A DNA stretch of 24,059 bases from contig CAZPKD010000002.1 of assembly GCA_964587115.1 (NCBI GenBank), positions 1 through 24,059 on the forward strand, written 5' to 3'. The notes under the pieces are model-generated. The model did no database searches, was not told the origin of the DNA, and saw only the letters and a list, made by a program, of their open reading frames with translations. This document shows positions 1 through 8,181 of this stretch, in pieces. The stretch is from an uncultured Gammaproteobacteria bacterium (GTDB taxonomy: Bacteria; Patescibacteriota; Microgenomatia; UBA1406; GWC2-37-13). The first letter of the stretch is position 1. Each line of letters starts with the position of its first letter. A program made the translations under genes and the position numbers.

Positions 1-1
1 G

Positions 2-94
2 TTTCTCAATACTTTTTATTCTAAAAATAACTTTCCTGATAAATTGAGTAACCGTCAAATTTTTACCAGTCTTGTCTTTAATTGGTAAATCCAT
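2..94 (-). CDS. 5' fragment of a gene running off the left edge (MDLPIKDKTGKNLTVTQFIRKVIFRIKSIEK...), product unknown
   Basis: Translated by hand: ATG at 94 opens 31 codons with no stop before the window edge. A TATAAT (108-103, minus strand) lies 8 nt upstream, mirroring the divergent patatin promoter. Confidence 0.55.
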   Translation of the reverse strand, partial: MDLPIKDKTGKNLTVTQFIRKVIFRIKSIEK

Positions 95-124
95 ATAATG
101 ATATTATAATATAATTGAAATTAT

Positions 125-973
125 ATGAAACTTTTTTCTCTTCCTAAAGTCGGTCTAGCCTTAGGTGGCGGTGGCCCCAAAGGGTTAACCCATATAGGGG
201 TTATTAAAGTTCTAGAAAAGAACAAAATTCCCATCGACTATATTAGTGGGACAAGTATTGGTTCTTTGGTTGGTGGCCTATATGCGGCTACCAAAGATAT
301 TAAATTAATTGAGCGAATTGCTCTTGACAATAACTGGCGCGAGCTTGGAGGTTTATTTTTAGATCCCACCTTTAGACTAGGATTTATTCAGGGAGAAAAA
401 ATAAAGAAATTTATTAAAAAATATATCGGTGACATTGACTTTAAGGACCTAAAGATTCCTTTTTCTACTACCGGAACTGACCTTAAGACCGGTAATTTGG
501 TCGTAATCAACCGTGGAAAAGTGGCTGAGGCAATCAGAATTAGTATTTCTATCCCAGTTTTATTCAAACCCGTAGAAAAAGACGGTCGGATTTTAGTTGA
601 TGGAGGCCTATCTGCTCCAGTTCCGGTCGAGGTAGTTAAAAAAATGGGGGCCCAATTTATTGTCGGTGTTGATCTATATAACGATTATTCTGATAGAAAG
701 ATTGGATTGACCGATATTCCCTATGACTCGGTTAATATTTTACTTCACAACTTAGGCAAAAAAGATACGGAAATGGCCGATATAACCATATCGCCTAAAA
801 CATCGACTTTAGGATGGGGCAAGTTCTTTTCACAAAAAGGCAGTCTTGAAGGAATTCGTTTTGGCGAAGAAGCCACGGAAAAAATTATTCCTAGATTAAA
901 GGTCCTTTTAGCTCAAAAAAGAACCACTAATTTTTTTGCCAATTTGTTTAATTTATTTAAAAAGAAGGTTTGA
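125..973 (+). CDS. Patatin-like phospholipase (RssA/NTE-type)
   Basis: Glycine-rich GGGGPKG, nucleophile motif GTSIG (GxSxG) and catalytic DGG motif (LVDGGL). Confidence 0.92.
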   Translation: MKLFSLPKVGLALGGGGPKGLTHIGVIKVLEKNKIPIDYISGTSIGSLVGGLYAATKDIKLIERIALDNNWRELGGLFLDPTFRLGFIQGEKIKKFIKKYIGDIDFKDLKIPFSTTGTDLKTGNLVVINRGKVAEAIRISISIPVLFKPVEKDGRILVDGGLSAPVPVEVVKKMGAQFIVGVDLYNDYSDRKIGLTDIPYDSVNILLHNLGKKDTEMADITISPKTSTLGWGKFFSQKGSLEGIRFGEEATEKIIPRLKVLLAQKRTTNFFANLFNLFKKKV

Positions 974-981
974 TTTCAACC

Positions 982-2748
982 TCAATCGTTATTATCACCA
1001 ACTTCTTCAAGAAAGCGTGACCTACTTGCTTCAATCCGCCTACCAAATATAAACCGGCGTCTGGCATAAGTAATATAAAGACGTTTTTTCGCGCGCGTTA
1101 CCCCCACATAAAAAAGCCTTCTTTCTTCTTCTAACTGAAAATGATCATCGACCGATCTGGCATGAGGAAGAATTCCTTCCTCTACTCCAACTATAAAAAC
1201 ATATGGAAACTCTAGTCCCTTGGCTTGATGAAGTGTCATCAGTTTTATACCATGATAGTTGTGTCCTAGTTTTTTTTCTCCTTCAAAATATTCTGACTCC
1301 ACTAGGGCAATTTGTTCAAGAAACTCAGTTAATTTTGGATAGTTAATGGCAACAGATTTTAGTTCTTTAATATTTTCCAATCTCGAGTAATCTTCTTCCT
1401 CAGATGGATTATATAAGTTAAGATAACCGGTCGCCGCAAATATCTCTTCCATTAATTGGTCACTCTTTTTGTCTTCTGGCTGGTTTTTTCTATTTTGAAA
1501 ATACTTTTTAAAGGCTTCATATTTTCTTTTCCCAATTTTTTTTACTCGCTCTAATGAAACTTGATCGGTTGGATGAATAAGTAATCTCAAATAAGCCAAA
1601 ACATCTTTTATCTCTTTTCTTTCGTAAAAACGAGTCCCTCCAATTAAAATATATGGAATTCCATAGTGCAAAAAAACTTCCTCAATAATCCTTGATTGAA
1701 CATTGGTCCGATACAAAATAGCCGTATTTTCCTGATCGTCTAAGCGAATCGTCTCTTCGGCAATAAAAACAGCCTCATCTTCCTCATTTTGAGCTTGATA
1801 ATAAACCACCTCTTCACCCTCATCATTCCGAGTAAAAAGATTTAAGATTGGGTGAGTTTCGTTTTTTGAAATTACTTTATAAGCAAAGTCAAGAATTTTT
1901 TGAGTTGATCGATAGTTTTCTTCAAGATAAAACATTTTTGCCTTGGGAAAATCTTCTTTAAACTTTTCCAAATTGTTAATATCGGCTCCCCGCCATGAAT
2001 AGATGCTCTGTGAAAAATCACCTACGACGGTTACTTTTTTATGCTTCTCTCCTAAAAGTTTTATCAATACATACTGGGCATAATTAGTATCCTGGAACTC
2101 ATCTACCAAAAAATGTTTAAATTTATCTTGTATCGCATCCAAAACTATTGGTTTTTTTAAGAAAAGATCAATTGTTTTGACAATCAAATCATCAAAATCA
2201 AGAGCTTTGTTTTTTTCTAGTTGTTTTTGGTAATCTTGATAGACTTTAAAAGTTGTCAGGGCGTTATGGTCCGTAAAAAGTCTTGCGTACTGTAATGGTT
2301 TTATAAGTTGATTTTTAGCCCCAGAAATTTGATTTAGAAAATATCCAGGAGAATATTTATTTATCTGTCTTTTTTTAAGAATTTCCTTAATTAAAGCTAA
2401 CTGGTCCTGCTCGTCATAGATAATAAAGTCATTATCAAGATCGATTTGCAGCGCATAGCGACGTAAAATCCTAACACATAAAGAATGGAAGGTGCCGACA
2501 AATCCTAAACCAACTTTAAGGTTTTTACTTATTCTTTCTTTCATTTCATTGGCGGCCTTATTAGTAAAGGTAATCATAATAATCGAAGAAGGTTTTACTT
2601 GTTTATTTTTTATTAAATAGAGCACTTTATAAACCAAAACTCTTGTTTTCCCTGAACCAGCCCCGGCCAAAATTATCGAAGGATTATCAGTACAAGAAAC
2701 AGCTTTTTGTTGTTGTTTGTTTAAGTGGTTGAATATCCCGTCTTTCAT
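982..2748 (-). CDS. pcrA: ATP-dependent SF1A DNA helicase PcrA/UvrD (compact form)
   Basis: Motifs AGAGSGKT (I), TFTNKAA (Ia), GTFHS, VDEFQD (II), VGDFSQSIYSWRGA (III), ENYRS (IV), TLHQAKGLEF (V) and EERRLFYVGVTRA (VI). Confidence 0.95.
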   Translation of the reverse strand: MKDGIFNHLNKQQQKAVSCTDNPSIILAGAGSGKTRVLVYKVLYLIKNKQVKPSSIIMITFTNKAANEMKERISKNLKVGLGFVGTFHSLCVRILRRYALQIDLDNDFIIYDEQDQLALIKEILKKRQINKYSPGYFLNQISGAKNQLIKPLQYARLFTDHNALTTFKVYQDYQKQLEKNKALDFDDLIVKTIDLFLKKPIVLDAIQDKFKHFLVDEFQDTNYAQYVLIKLLGEKHKKVTVVGDFSQSIYSWRGADINNLEKFKEDFPKAKMFYLEENYRSTQKILDFAYKVISKNETHPILNLFTRNDEGEEVVYYQAQNEEDEAVFIAEETIRLDDQENTAILYRTNVQSRIIEEVFLHYGIPYILIGGTRFYERKEIKDVLAYLRLLIHPTDQVSLERVKKIGKRKYEAFKKYFQNRKNQPEDKKSDQLMEEIFAATGYLNLYNPSEEEDYSRLENIKELKSVAINYPKLTEFLEQIALVESEYFEGEKKLGHNYHGIKLMTLHQAKGLEFPYVFIVGVEEGILPHARSVDDHFQLEEERRLFYVGVTRAKKRLYITYARRRFIFGRRIEASRSRFLEEVGDNND

Positions 2749-2766
2749 AAGTTATAATACTAGCAT
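2749..2766. promoter_or_regulatory. Back-to-back, probably leaderless sigma70 -10 elements for pcrA and tpiA
   Basis: Plus strand: TATAAT 2753-2758, 8 nt before ATG 2767. Minus strand: extended -10 TGcTAGTAT (2765-2757), 8 nt before ATG 2748. No SD or room for one. Confidence 0.65.
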
Positions 2767-3420
2767 ATGAAATACTTTATCGCCAACTGGAAGGCTAATA
2801 AAAACCTTTCCCAAACCCAAGATTATATAAACAAATTTCTCGAGATCGTTGGAATGTTAGAACAATCTAAAGTCATAATCTGCCCTCCTTATCCCCTAAT
2901 ATCATCTATTAAAGAAAAAATCGTTGGAAAAAACAATCTTTACGTCGGTTCTCAAGATCTTTCCGTATTTGAAGAGGGTTCTTATACTGGTGAAGTAACG
3001 GCAAAAACACTCCAAGGACTGGTTGATTTTGTTATCCTTGGTCATAGCGAAAGACGAAAAAATTTTAATGAAACTCAAGAAACCATAGCTAAAAAAGTGA
3101 CCTTAGCTAAAAAATATCAGATTGAGTCAATCATCTGTATAAGAAATATTGAAGATTGGCAAGCCATAAGGGATCAGGCAAAGATTGTCGCTTATGAACC
3201 GGTAGCCGCCATTGGTACGGGAATGAATGAAGATCCAAAAAAAGTCACTGATTTCAAAAAAACCCTTAACCTAAAACCGGAAACTGTCTTTATATACGGT
3301 GGCAGCGTTAAAAGCGATAATGCCAATAGCTATCTAGGAACAAAAGAAATTGATGGTTTTCTCATCGGAGGAGCTTCCTTAGATCCAGAAAACTTCAAAA
3401 AAATAATTGAGTTGGCCTAA
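2767..3420 (+). CDS. tpiA: Triosephosphate isomerase (short form)
   Basis: ANWK (catalytic Lys), GHSERR (catalytic His), AYEPVAAIGTG (catalytic Glu and loop 6), YGGSV and GFLIGGASL. Confidence 0.95.
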   Translation: MKYFIANWKANKNLSQTQDYINKFLEIVGMLEQSKVIICPPYPLISSIKEKIVGKNNLYVGSQDLSVFEEGSYTGEVTAKTLQGLVDFVILGHSERRKNFNETQETIAKKVTLAKKYQIESIICIRNIEDWQAIRDQAKIVAYEPVAAIGTGMNEDPKKVTDFKKTLNLKPETVFIYGGSVKSDNANSYLGTKEIDGFLIGGASLDPENFKKIIELA

Positions 3421-3422
3421 AT

Positions 3423-4532
3423 ATGAAAAAAAAGTTGACGGTTATCGGCTTAGTTTTTTTTGTGGTTTTATTTCTACTGATAAGGCCTTATTATTTATTT
3501 TTAACTCAAAAAGTTAAAATTTCTCCTTTCAAAACCATATTCTCATTTGATTCTCTGAAAATCTATGATAATCAAGTCAGCATCCTAATACTGGGAATTG
3601 CTGGAGAAAGTCATGACGGTCCCAATCTAAGCGATTTAATTATTGTCGTCAATTATAATCTTGAGACCAATCAATTAACGACAATGGCCGTTCCTCGGGA
3701 TATTTGGAGCGACACCCTAAAAGACAAGATTAATTCTGCTTATGCTTACGGAGCGGAAAAAAATGGTCTACCACTTCGACCCCTTGATGGTTTAAAACTT
3801 GCTAAAGCTGAAATCACAGCTATTTTCGGCAAACCAATTCAGTATGCTACTGTCATCGATTTTGAAAAGTTCAAAAACCTAATCGACTTTTTTGGCGGTA
3901 TAGATGTAAAAGTGACCAATACTTTTGATGATTATGCTTTCCCTATCCCTGAGGAAAAGATAAAAGACCCCTCATGTGGCCATACCGATACTCAGATTAA
4001 GGAATTTACTAATAGTAATCCTACTGAAAAACAAATATGGGATTACTTTCCTTGTCGTTACGAACACATCCATTTTGACGCCGGCATTGTTCATATGGAT
4101 GGCGCTACCGCTTTAAAATTTGTCCGTTCCCGCCATGCTGAAGGTAATGAAGGGAGTGATTTTGCCCGTGGGCAAAGACAACAGCAGGTTATCGTTACCT
4201 TAAAAAATCGTATCCTACAAGAAGTCAAAAGTCTTAATCTAAAAAAGATACAGGCTCTTTACGAAGAACTTGATTTGTTAGTCGTTAGGGATATCACCAA
4301 TCAGCAGCTATCGATTCTTGGGAAAAACATAGTTTTTAAATCTAATTTGAAGCAAAAAGAGATTGTTCTTGATGAAAGTTTCTTTACGGTCCCAAATTAT
4401 GATCTTTATGAGGGCAAGTACGTCCTTATCCCTGAAACAGGCAACTTCAATCAGATACATCAATACATTGAATGTAGCTTAAAAAGCTTATCAAATTGCG
4501 ACTCCTTAAAAAATAAAGGAGAAAATAATTAA
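3423..4532 (+). CDS. LytR-CpsA-Psr (LCP) family glycopolymer transferase
   Basis: N-terminal TM helix, ILILG, SDLIIV, VPRD, KINSAY, IDFEKF..LIDFFGGIDV, ALKFVRSRH and SDFARGQRQQQV. Confidence 0.93.
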   Translation: MKKKLTVIGLVFFVVLFLLIRPYYLFLTQKVKISPFKTIFSFDSLKIYDNQVSILILGIAGESHDGPNLSDLIIVVNYNLETNQLTTMAVPRDIWSDTLKDKINSAYAYGAEKNGLPLRPLDGLKLAKAEITAIFGKPIQYATVIDFEKFKNLIDFFGGIDVKVTNTFDDYAFPIPEEKIKDPSCGHTDTQIKEFTNSNPTEKQIWDYFPCRYEHIHFDAGIVHMDGATALKFVRSRHAEGNEGSDFARGQRQQQVIVTLKNRILQEVKSLNLKKIQALYEELDLLVVRDITNQQLSILGKNIVFKSNLKQKEIVLDESFFTVPNYDLYEGKYVLIPETGNFNQIHQYIECSLKSLSNCDSLKNKGENN

Positions 4533-4964
4533 TACTGAAGCCGCAGTAAATAAAATTAACGAATTATTTATAAATCCCGTTTCTGGCAAGCTTATCACTT
4601 TGGTTGGAGAAATGGACGTATTAACTTGGGCTGTCTGACTAGCCGAACCCTTACCGCTATCTAGAGCTAATATTATTTCCGTTGGACTTGGAGACACCAC
4701 TTCGGTGGGACTAATTTGACTTGTGGTTGGACTTGGTTCGATGGTTGGTGTGATCTCAACCGTTGGAGTAATAGAGACAGTGTTTAAAGCAATCAGTTTG
4801 CTGTAGGTAACAGCCGCAGCTTTAGTTTTTTTAGGAGCGAGACTGGCCGTTTCAACCTCTTCTTCACTAGTAATCACTCGGGTTATGTAAAAAATAGAAC
4901 CGAGGAGAAAAAAAATCATTACCATTAAAACTATAGTAATTAATTTTGGTTTATTATTTCTCAT
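4506..4964 (-). CDS. Membrane protein with Thr/Pro/Ser-rich linker and C-terminal LPETG plus hydrophobic anchor
   Basis: N-terminal TM segment, TPT/SPT-rich middle, LPETG at aa126-130 (4589-4575) followed by 22 mostly hydrophobic residues to the stop. Overlaps the LCP 3' end convergently by 27 bp. Confidence 0.75.
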   Translation of the reverse strand: MRNNKPKLITIVLMVMIFFLLGSIFYITRVITSEEEVETASLAPKKTKAAAVTYSKLIALNTVSITPTVEITPTIEPSPTTSQISPTEVVSPSPTEIILALDSGKGSASQTAQVNTSISPTKVISLPETGFINNSLILFTAASVLIIFSFIF

Positions 4965-4965
4965 A

Positions 4966-5610
4966 TCAATCTCCTAGCCAGCCATCAGTCTGAGAATGAA
5001 GCTGGGCTTCAATCCTTAACTGACCTTGATTACTGGCTACTATATAATTAATGTAATAAATATTTAATTTATTGTCAAAGTCTAAAGTTATATTTTCCGT
5101 TTTCCAGGTATCGGAATTAACTCTAATTCTAGCTCGGTCAGTATCTGTCTCAGATACATTTTCAATTCCAATAATAATACTCTCACCAGATTTAACCGCA
5201 CTTAAGCTCGCCCCAGACATTGGTTCAAAGTTACTATCAAAAATTTTGATACCTTTAGAGTTAATAAAACTAATAATCGGCGTTGGACTAACCTTTGAAG
5301 TTCTTGTTTTTTTCTCAAGATTGGAAAATCCCAGCAGACTGGCTAAACCAAAAAGAGACATAAAAACAACTAATATAATAATGATTAAGTTGTCGGATTT
5401 TTTTACTATTCTTACCGGCTGATCGTTTAAATCTTTAGCTTGCCCTGCTTGAACGGCTATATTTTCCTCGAAATTAGGTATCTTTGGCTTGGTTTTTGTC
5501 CGATTATTTTTTTTCAATAAGTAAATTTCATAGCCTAAAAAACCGAAGGTGACTAAAAAAGCTAGTAGGCTTATTTTATTGATTGATACCAAAAAATAAA
5601 CAATATCCAT
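4966..5610 (-). CDS. Hypothetical membrane protein (two hydrophobic segments, C-terminal beta-rich domain)
   Basis: Hydrophobic aa3-30 and about aa75-95, SPTP linker and alternating beta-strand pattern. Tightly coupled to neighbours, with its own TAGAAT 6 nt before the ATG. Confidence 0.75.
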   Translation of the reverse strand: MDIVYFLVSINKISLLAFLVTFGFLGYEIYLLKKNNRTKTKPKIPNFEENIAVQAGQAKDLNDQPVRIVKKSDNLIIIILVVFMSLFGLASLLGFSNLEKKTRTSKVSPTPIISFINSKGIKIFDSNFEPMSGASLSAVKSGESIIIGIENVSETDTDRARIRVNSDTWKTENITLDFDNKLNIYYINYIVASNQGQLRIEAQLHSQTDGWLGD

Positions 5611-5635
5611 ACTTAAATTCTAGCTTATTTTAAGC

Positions 5636-6895
5636 TTAAAATGCAAGAAGAATCCCTAAACCAAGAATTATCAGACTCCCACTAGCGATTGCCATGGGAA
5701 TAGTGTTGGTCCCTGAAGTTGGTCGAGGAGGAATTGTCGCCGATATCTGAATTGTTTCGGTTGGAGTAATCACGGTTGGACTAGCCTCTGCGGTAGCTGA
5801 ACCTAAAACCTGCTCCCCTGATTTGGCAATGGTAAATTTGCGGACAACCTTAATATCTTGACCGTTAGTATCCTTGGTGGTTAGAGTCATCGTATGACTA
5901 CCGGCTGGTAGTTTTTCATTCAAAGAAAGCTTCCAGAGACCTTCTTTGTCTGCAGTTACTCTAAATGAATAACTCACGGGGGAGTTAATGGTAATAAATA
6001 CATCCGAATTGGGGATAGCCAAACCTTTAATTAAAGGACTTTGGGCAGGAATAATACTATTTTCTTTTGGAAATAAAATCTCAATCTGACCGGTCTTAGA
6101 TTGACTCGTGGCTGATAGGACATTATCTTTCTCACCGAACTTGTAATCATTACCAATAATCAGTGTTTGTGGTAAGGGCCCTAGATTATCGGCATTTGTC
6201 TCAACGTTTGTTTTTAAACCATCCTCGCTAATTATTTCTATTAATCCCGATTCATTTTTTTCAATTGGTCTAATTTTTCCGGATTGAGAGTCGACTACTC
6301 CATTTAGTGGAATCAACCATTCACCGGTCAGTTTAGTTAGGGCGAAAAGAGAGTCGCTGTTTTTAAAGGTTAAAATAACCGCCGCATCGGTTAGAGGTAA
6401 TCCATTACTCTTAATAATTTTTCCATAGGCTGGTTTTAAACTAGCGGTCTGGTTCACACCTGTCGGGGTCTGAAATGAAAAAGATTTTTGATCGGTTTGC
6501 CCAACAACTTGATCTTGGCTAATAATCTTAAAATAATATTTCTTTCCAGATTGCAGATTTTTAATTAAAACATAGTGGTTTAAATATTGACCTTTTTTTC
6601 CGCTAGTATCTCTGTCATCAGAAAAGGTCTGCTTAAGGTCATTTTCTTTTTCACCCAGAATAAGCCAACCTTTTTCTTTTGTGTCGGTTTGCCAATAAAC
6701 ACCGGCCTGATTCGATAAAAGATTAACTACTTTTATCTGGCGGACAGCTTTTTTTGTCGCTCTTGAAGGCAAAGAGCTGGTTTGAAAAAAACGGCTAAGA
6801 ATAAAGATCACCAAAACTAAAATCACCACTAAAACCGGAGTGGGAATTTTTATTGAATTTTGTTGCTGGTTTAAATAATAGCGCGAATAAACCAT
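5636..6895 (-). CDS. Multidomain surface protein: FN3/purple-acid-phosphatase N-terminal-like domain plus Ig-like domains, C-terminal RPTSG plus TM
   Basis: FN3-like pattern (VYWQTD...HYVLIKNLQSGKKYYFKI), a second beta-sandwich (YGKI..NGLPL..AAV...GEWLIPL) and an Ig-like segment (IKGLAIPNSDV...ADKEGLWKL....LPAGSHTMTL). TM segments at both ends. Confidence 0.75.
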   Translation of the reverse strand: MVYSRYYLNQQQNSIKIPTPVLVVILVLVIFILSRFFQTSSLPSRATKKAVRQIKVVNLLSNQAGVYWQTDTKEKGWLILGEKENDLKQTFSDDRDTSGKKGQYLNHYVLIKNLQSGKKYYFKIISQDQVVGQTDQKSFSFQTPTGVNQTASLKPAYGKIIKSNGLPLTDAAVILTFKNSDSLFALTKLTGEWLIPLNGVVDSQSGKIRPIEKNESGLIEIISEDGLKTNVETNADNLGPLPQTLIIGNDYKFGEKDNVLSATSQSKTGQIEILFPKENSIIPAQSPLIKGLAIPNSDVFITINSPVSYSFRVTADKEGLWKLSLNEKLPAGSHTMTLTTKDTNGQDIKVVRKFTIAKSGEQVLGSATAEASPTVITPTETIQISATIPPRPTSGTNTIPMAIASGSLIILGLGILLAF

Positions 6896-6896
6896 A

Positions 6897-7082
6897 TTAA
6901 GGGTTTCTTTGTTTTAATATCTCAAGAACCTGACTATCAATTTTAATATTTTCCACCACAACATACTTGGTGGTTAACCCTTGGTTGGTAGTCGCCTTTA
7001 CTCTGTATATTTCCAGTAAAACCCAGGCAACCACGGTAAAAAATATTGTTAAGGAAATATAAAACAACTCTTTTTGGTTCAT
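6897..7082 (-). CDS. Small single-pass membrane protein downstream of PilO-like gene
   Basis: 61 aa with one TM (LFYISLTIFFTVVAWVLL). 4-bp overlap with the upstream gene and 1-nt gap to the downstream gene. Confidence 0.7.
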   Translation of the reverse strand: MNQKELFYISLTIFFTVVAWVLLEIYRVKATTNQGLTTKYVVVENIKIDSQVLEILKQRNP

Positions 7083-7657
7083 AAATAATATCCTTCGATA
7101 TTCATCTCAATGTTTAATAATCCACTCGTTGAACTTTCTTTTGTATCCCGTCCAATAACGGCACTTTGGACCATTTTTATCCTTCTTTGACTATATAAGT
7201 CTTTGGTTAATTTAACAAAGTCATCAAAGCTCCCTTTAAGAATAACATTAAACACAACTGATTTTAAAGTATCTTCTTTTTGACTTTTTTTAAGATTGAT
7301 ATCGACAATGGTTAATTTATCTATTACAAGATTATTATTTTTAATTGATGAATTCAAATCTTCAAGCAGCTTGTTTACTTGCGGCATTTTAGAAATAGCC
7401 TCCCCAAGGACACTGAGGTTATCACGATTTACCTCCAGTGACGACTGAATCGAGACTAAATTTTGAATTTGTTTTTCAAGAAAAGTATCATCTCTCACTA
7501 AATCGTCAATTTTCTTGTTCGCTTGAAAAATTGACAAAAGGTTTGGTCTAATGACAAAAAATATAAAAAAGGAGAAAATAATTAAAAAAAGGATTGTATA
7601 AGTATAATCAATGGTCTTCTTAGTAAAGATTTTTTTAAACGATAGTTTTTTTTCCAT
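7079..7657 (-). CDS. pilO: Type IV pilus alignment protein PilO-like
   Basis: TM, coiled coil, then a ferredoxin-like pattern (LKGSFDDFVKLTKDLYSQRRIKMV). Lies directly after a PilN-like gene. Confidence 0.7.
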   Translation of the reverse strand: MEKKLSFKKIFTKKTIDYTYTILFLIIFSFFIFFVIRPNLLSIFQANKKIDDLVRDDTFLEKQIQNLVSIQSSLEVNRDNLSVLGEAISKMPQVNKLLEDLNSSIKNNNLVIDKLTIVDINLKKSQKEDTLKSVVFNVILKGSFDDFVKLTKDLYSQRRIKMVQSAVIGRDTKESSTSGLLNIEMNIEGYYL

Positions 7658-7659
7658 GT

Positions 7660-8181
7660 TTAATTTAGTTTTGATAACTCTATCTCAAAACTCAGGCCTA
7701 CGTCTATTTTTTTTAATGATTTAAGATTAATGTTGGCAAACTTTTTGTCAGTTTTAAGCCTCTGATAAAAACTCTGAATTAACGAGCCATTATCTCCAAA
7801 ACCCTCGAGCTTCATTGAGTTGTCGGTAACCGTTAGTTTCGATAAATACAATTTGTCTGGGAAGATGGTTGAAAGATAATTGAGAATGTCAAGAAACTTA
7901 TCTTGTCTTTCAATAATGTGCTTTACTTCCTTTATCTGAAAATCAGTTGTCTTAGCCTCAACAAATAACGGTTGGGTTACTTCAATTATTTCCTTTTTTT
8001 GCCCCACTGAATCTTGATAATCAACTATCTCCTGATCTACTTTAAACTTATAAAAAAACACTCCAATAACAATAATCTGCGTAATAATCAAAATATACCT
8101 CAAATAAGAGAGGGCAAAATATATTAGCTTATCGGTTAAACTTTCTTTTTTCCTCGATAAAAGGTTAATTTTATATTTCAT
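7660..8181 (-). CDS. pilN: Type IV pilus alignment protein PilN-like
   Basis: N-terminal INLL motif (PilM-binding INLLP-like), TM, coiled coil, and PilN core (LSTIFPDKLYLSKLTV...LEGFG....IQSFYQRLK..KKFANI). Confidence 0.75.
   Translation of the reverse strand: MKYKINLLSRKKESLTDKLIYFALSYLRYILIITQIIVIGVFFYKFKVDQEIVDYQDSVGQKKEIIEVTQPLFVEAKTTDFQIKEVKHIIERQDKFLDILNYLSTIFPDKLYLSKLTVTDNSMKLEGFGDNGSLIQSFYQRLKTDKKFANINLKSLKKIDVGLSFEIELSKLN

Noticed and set aside
5072-5422. 116-aa plus-strand ORF
   Set aside because: Lies wholly antisense to the 214-aa membrane-protein gene, with no motif or start signal; treated as a shadow ORF.
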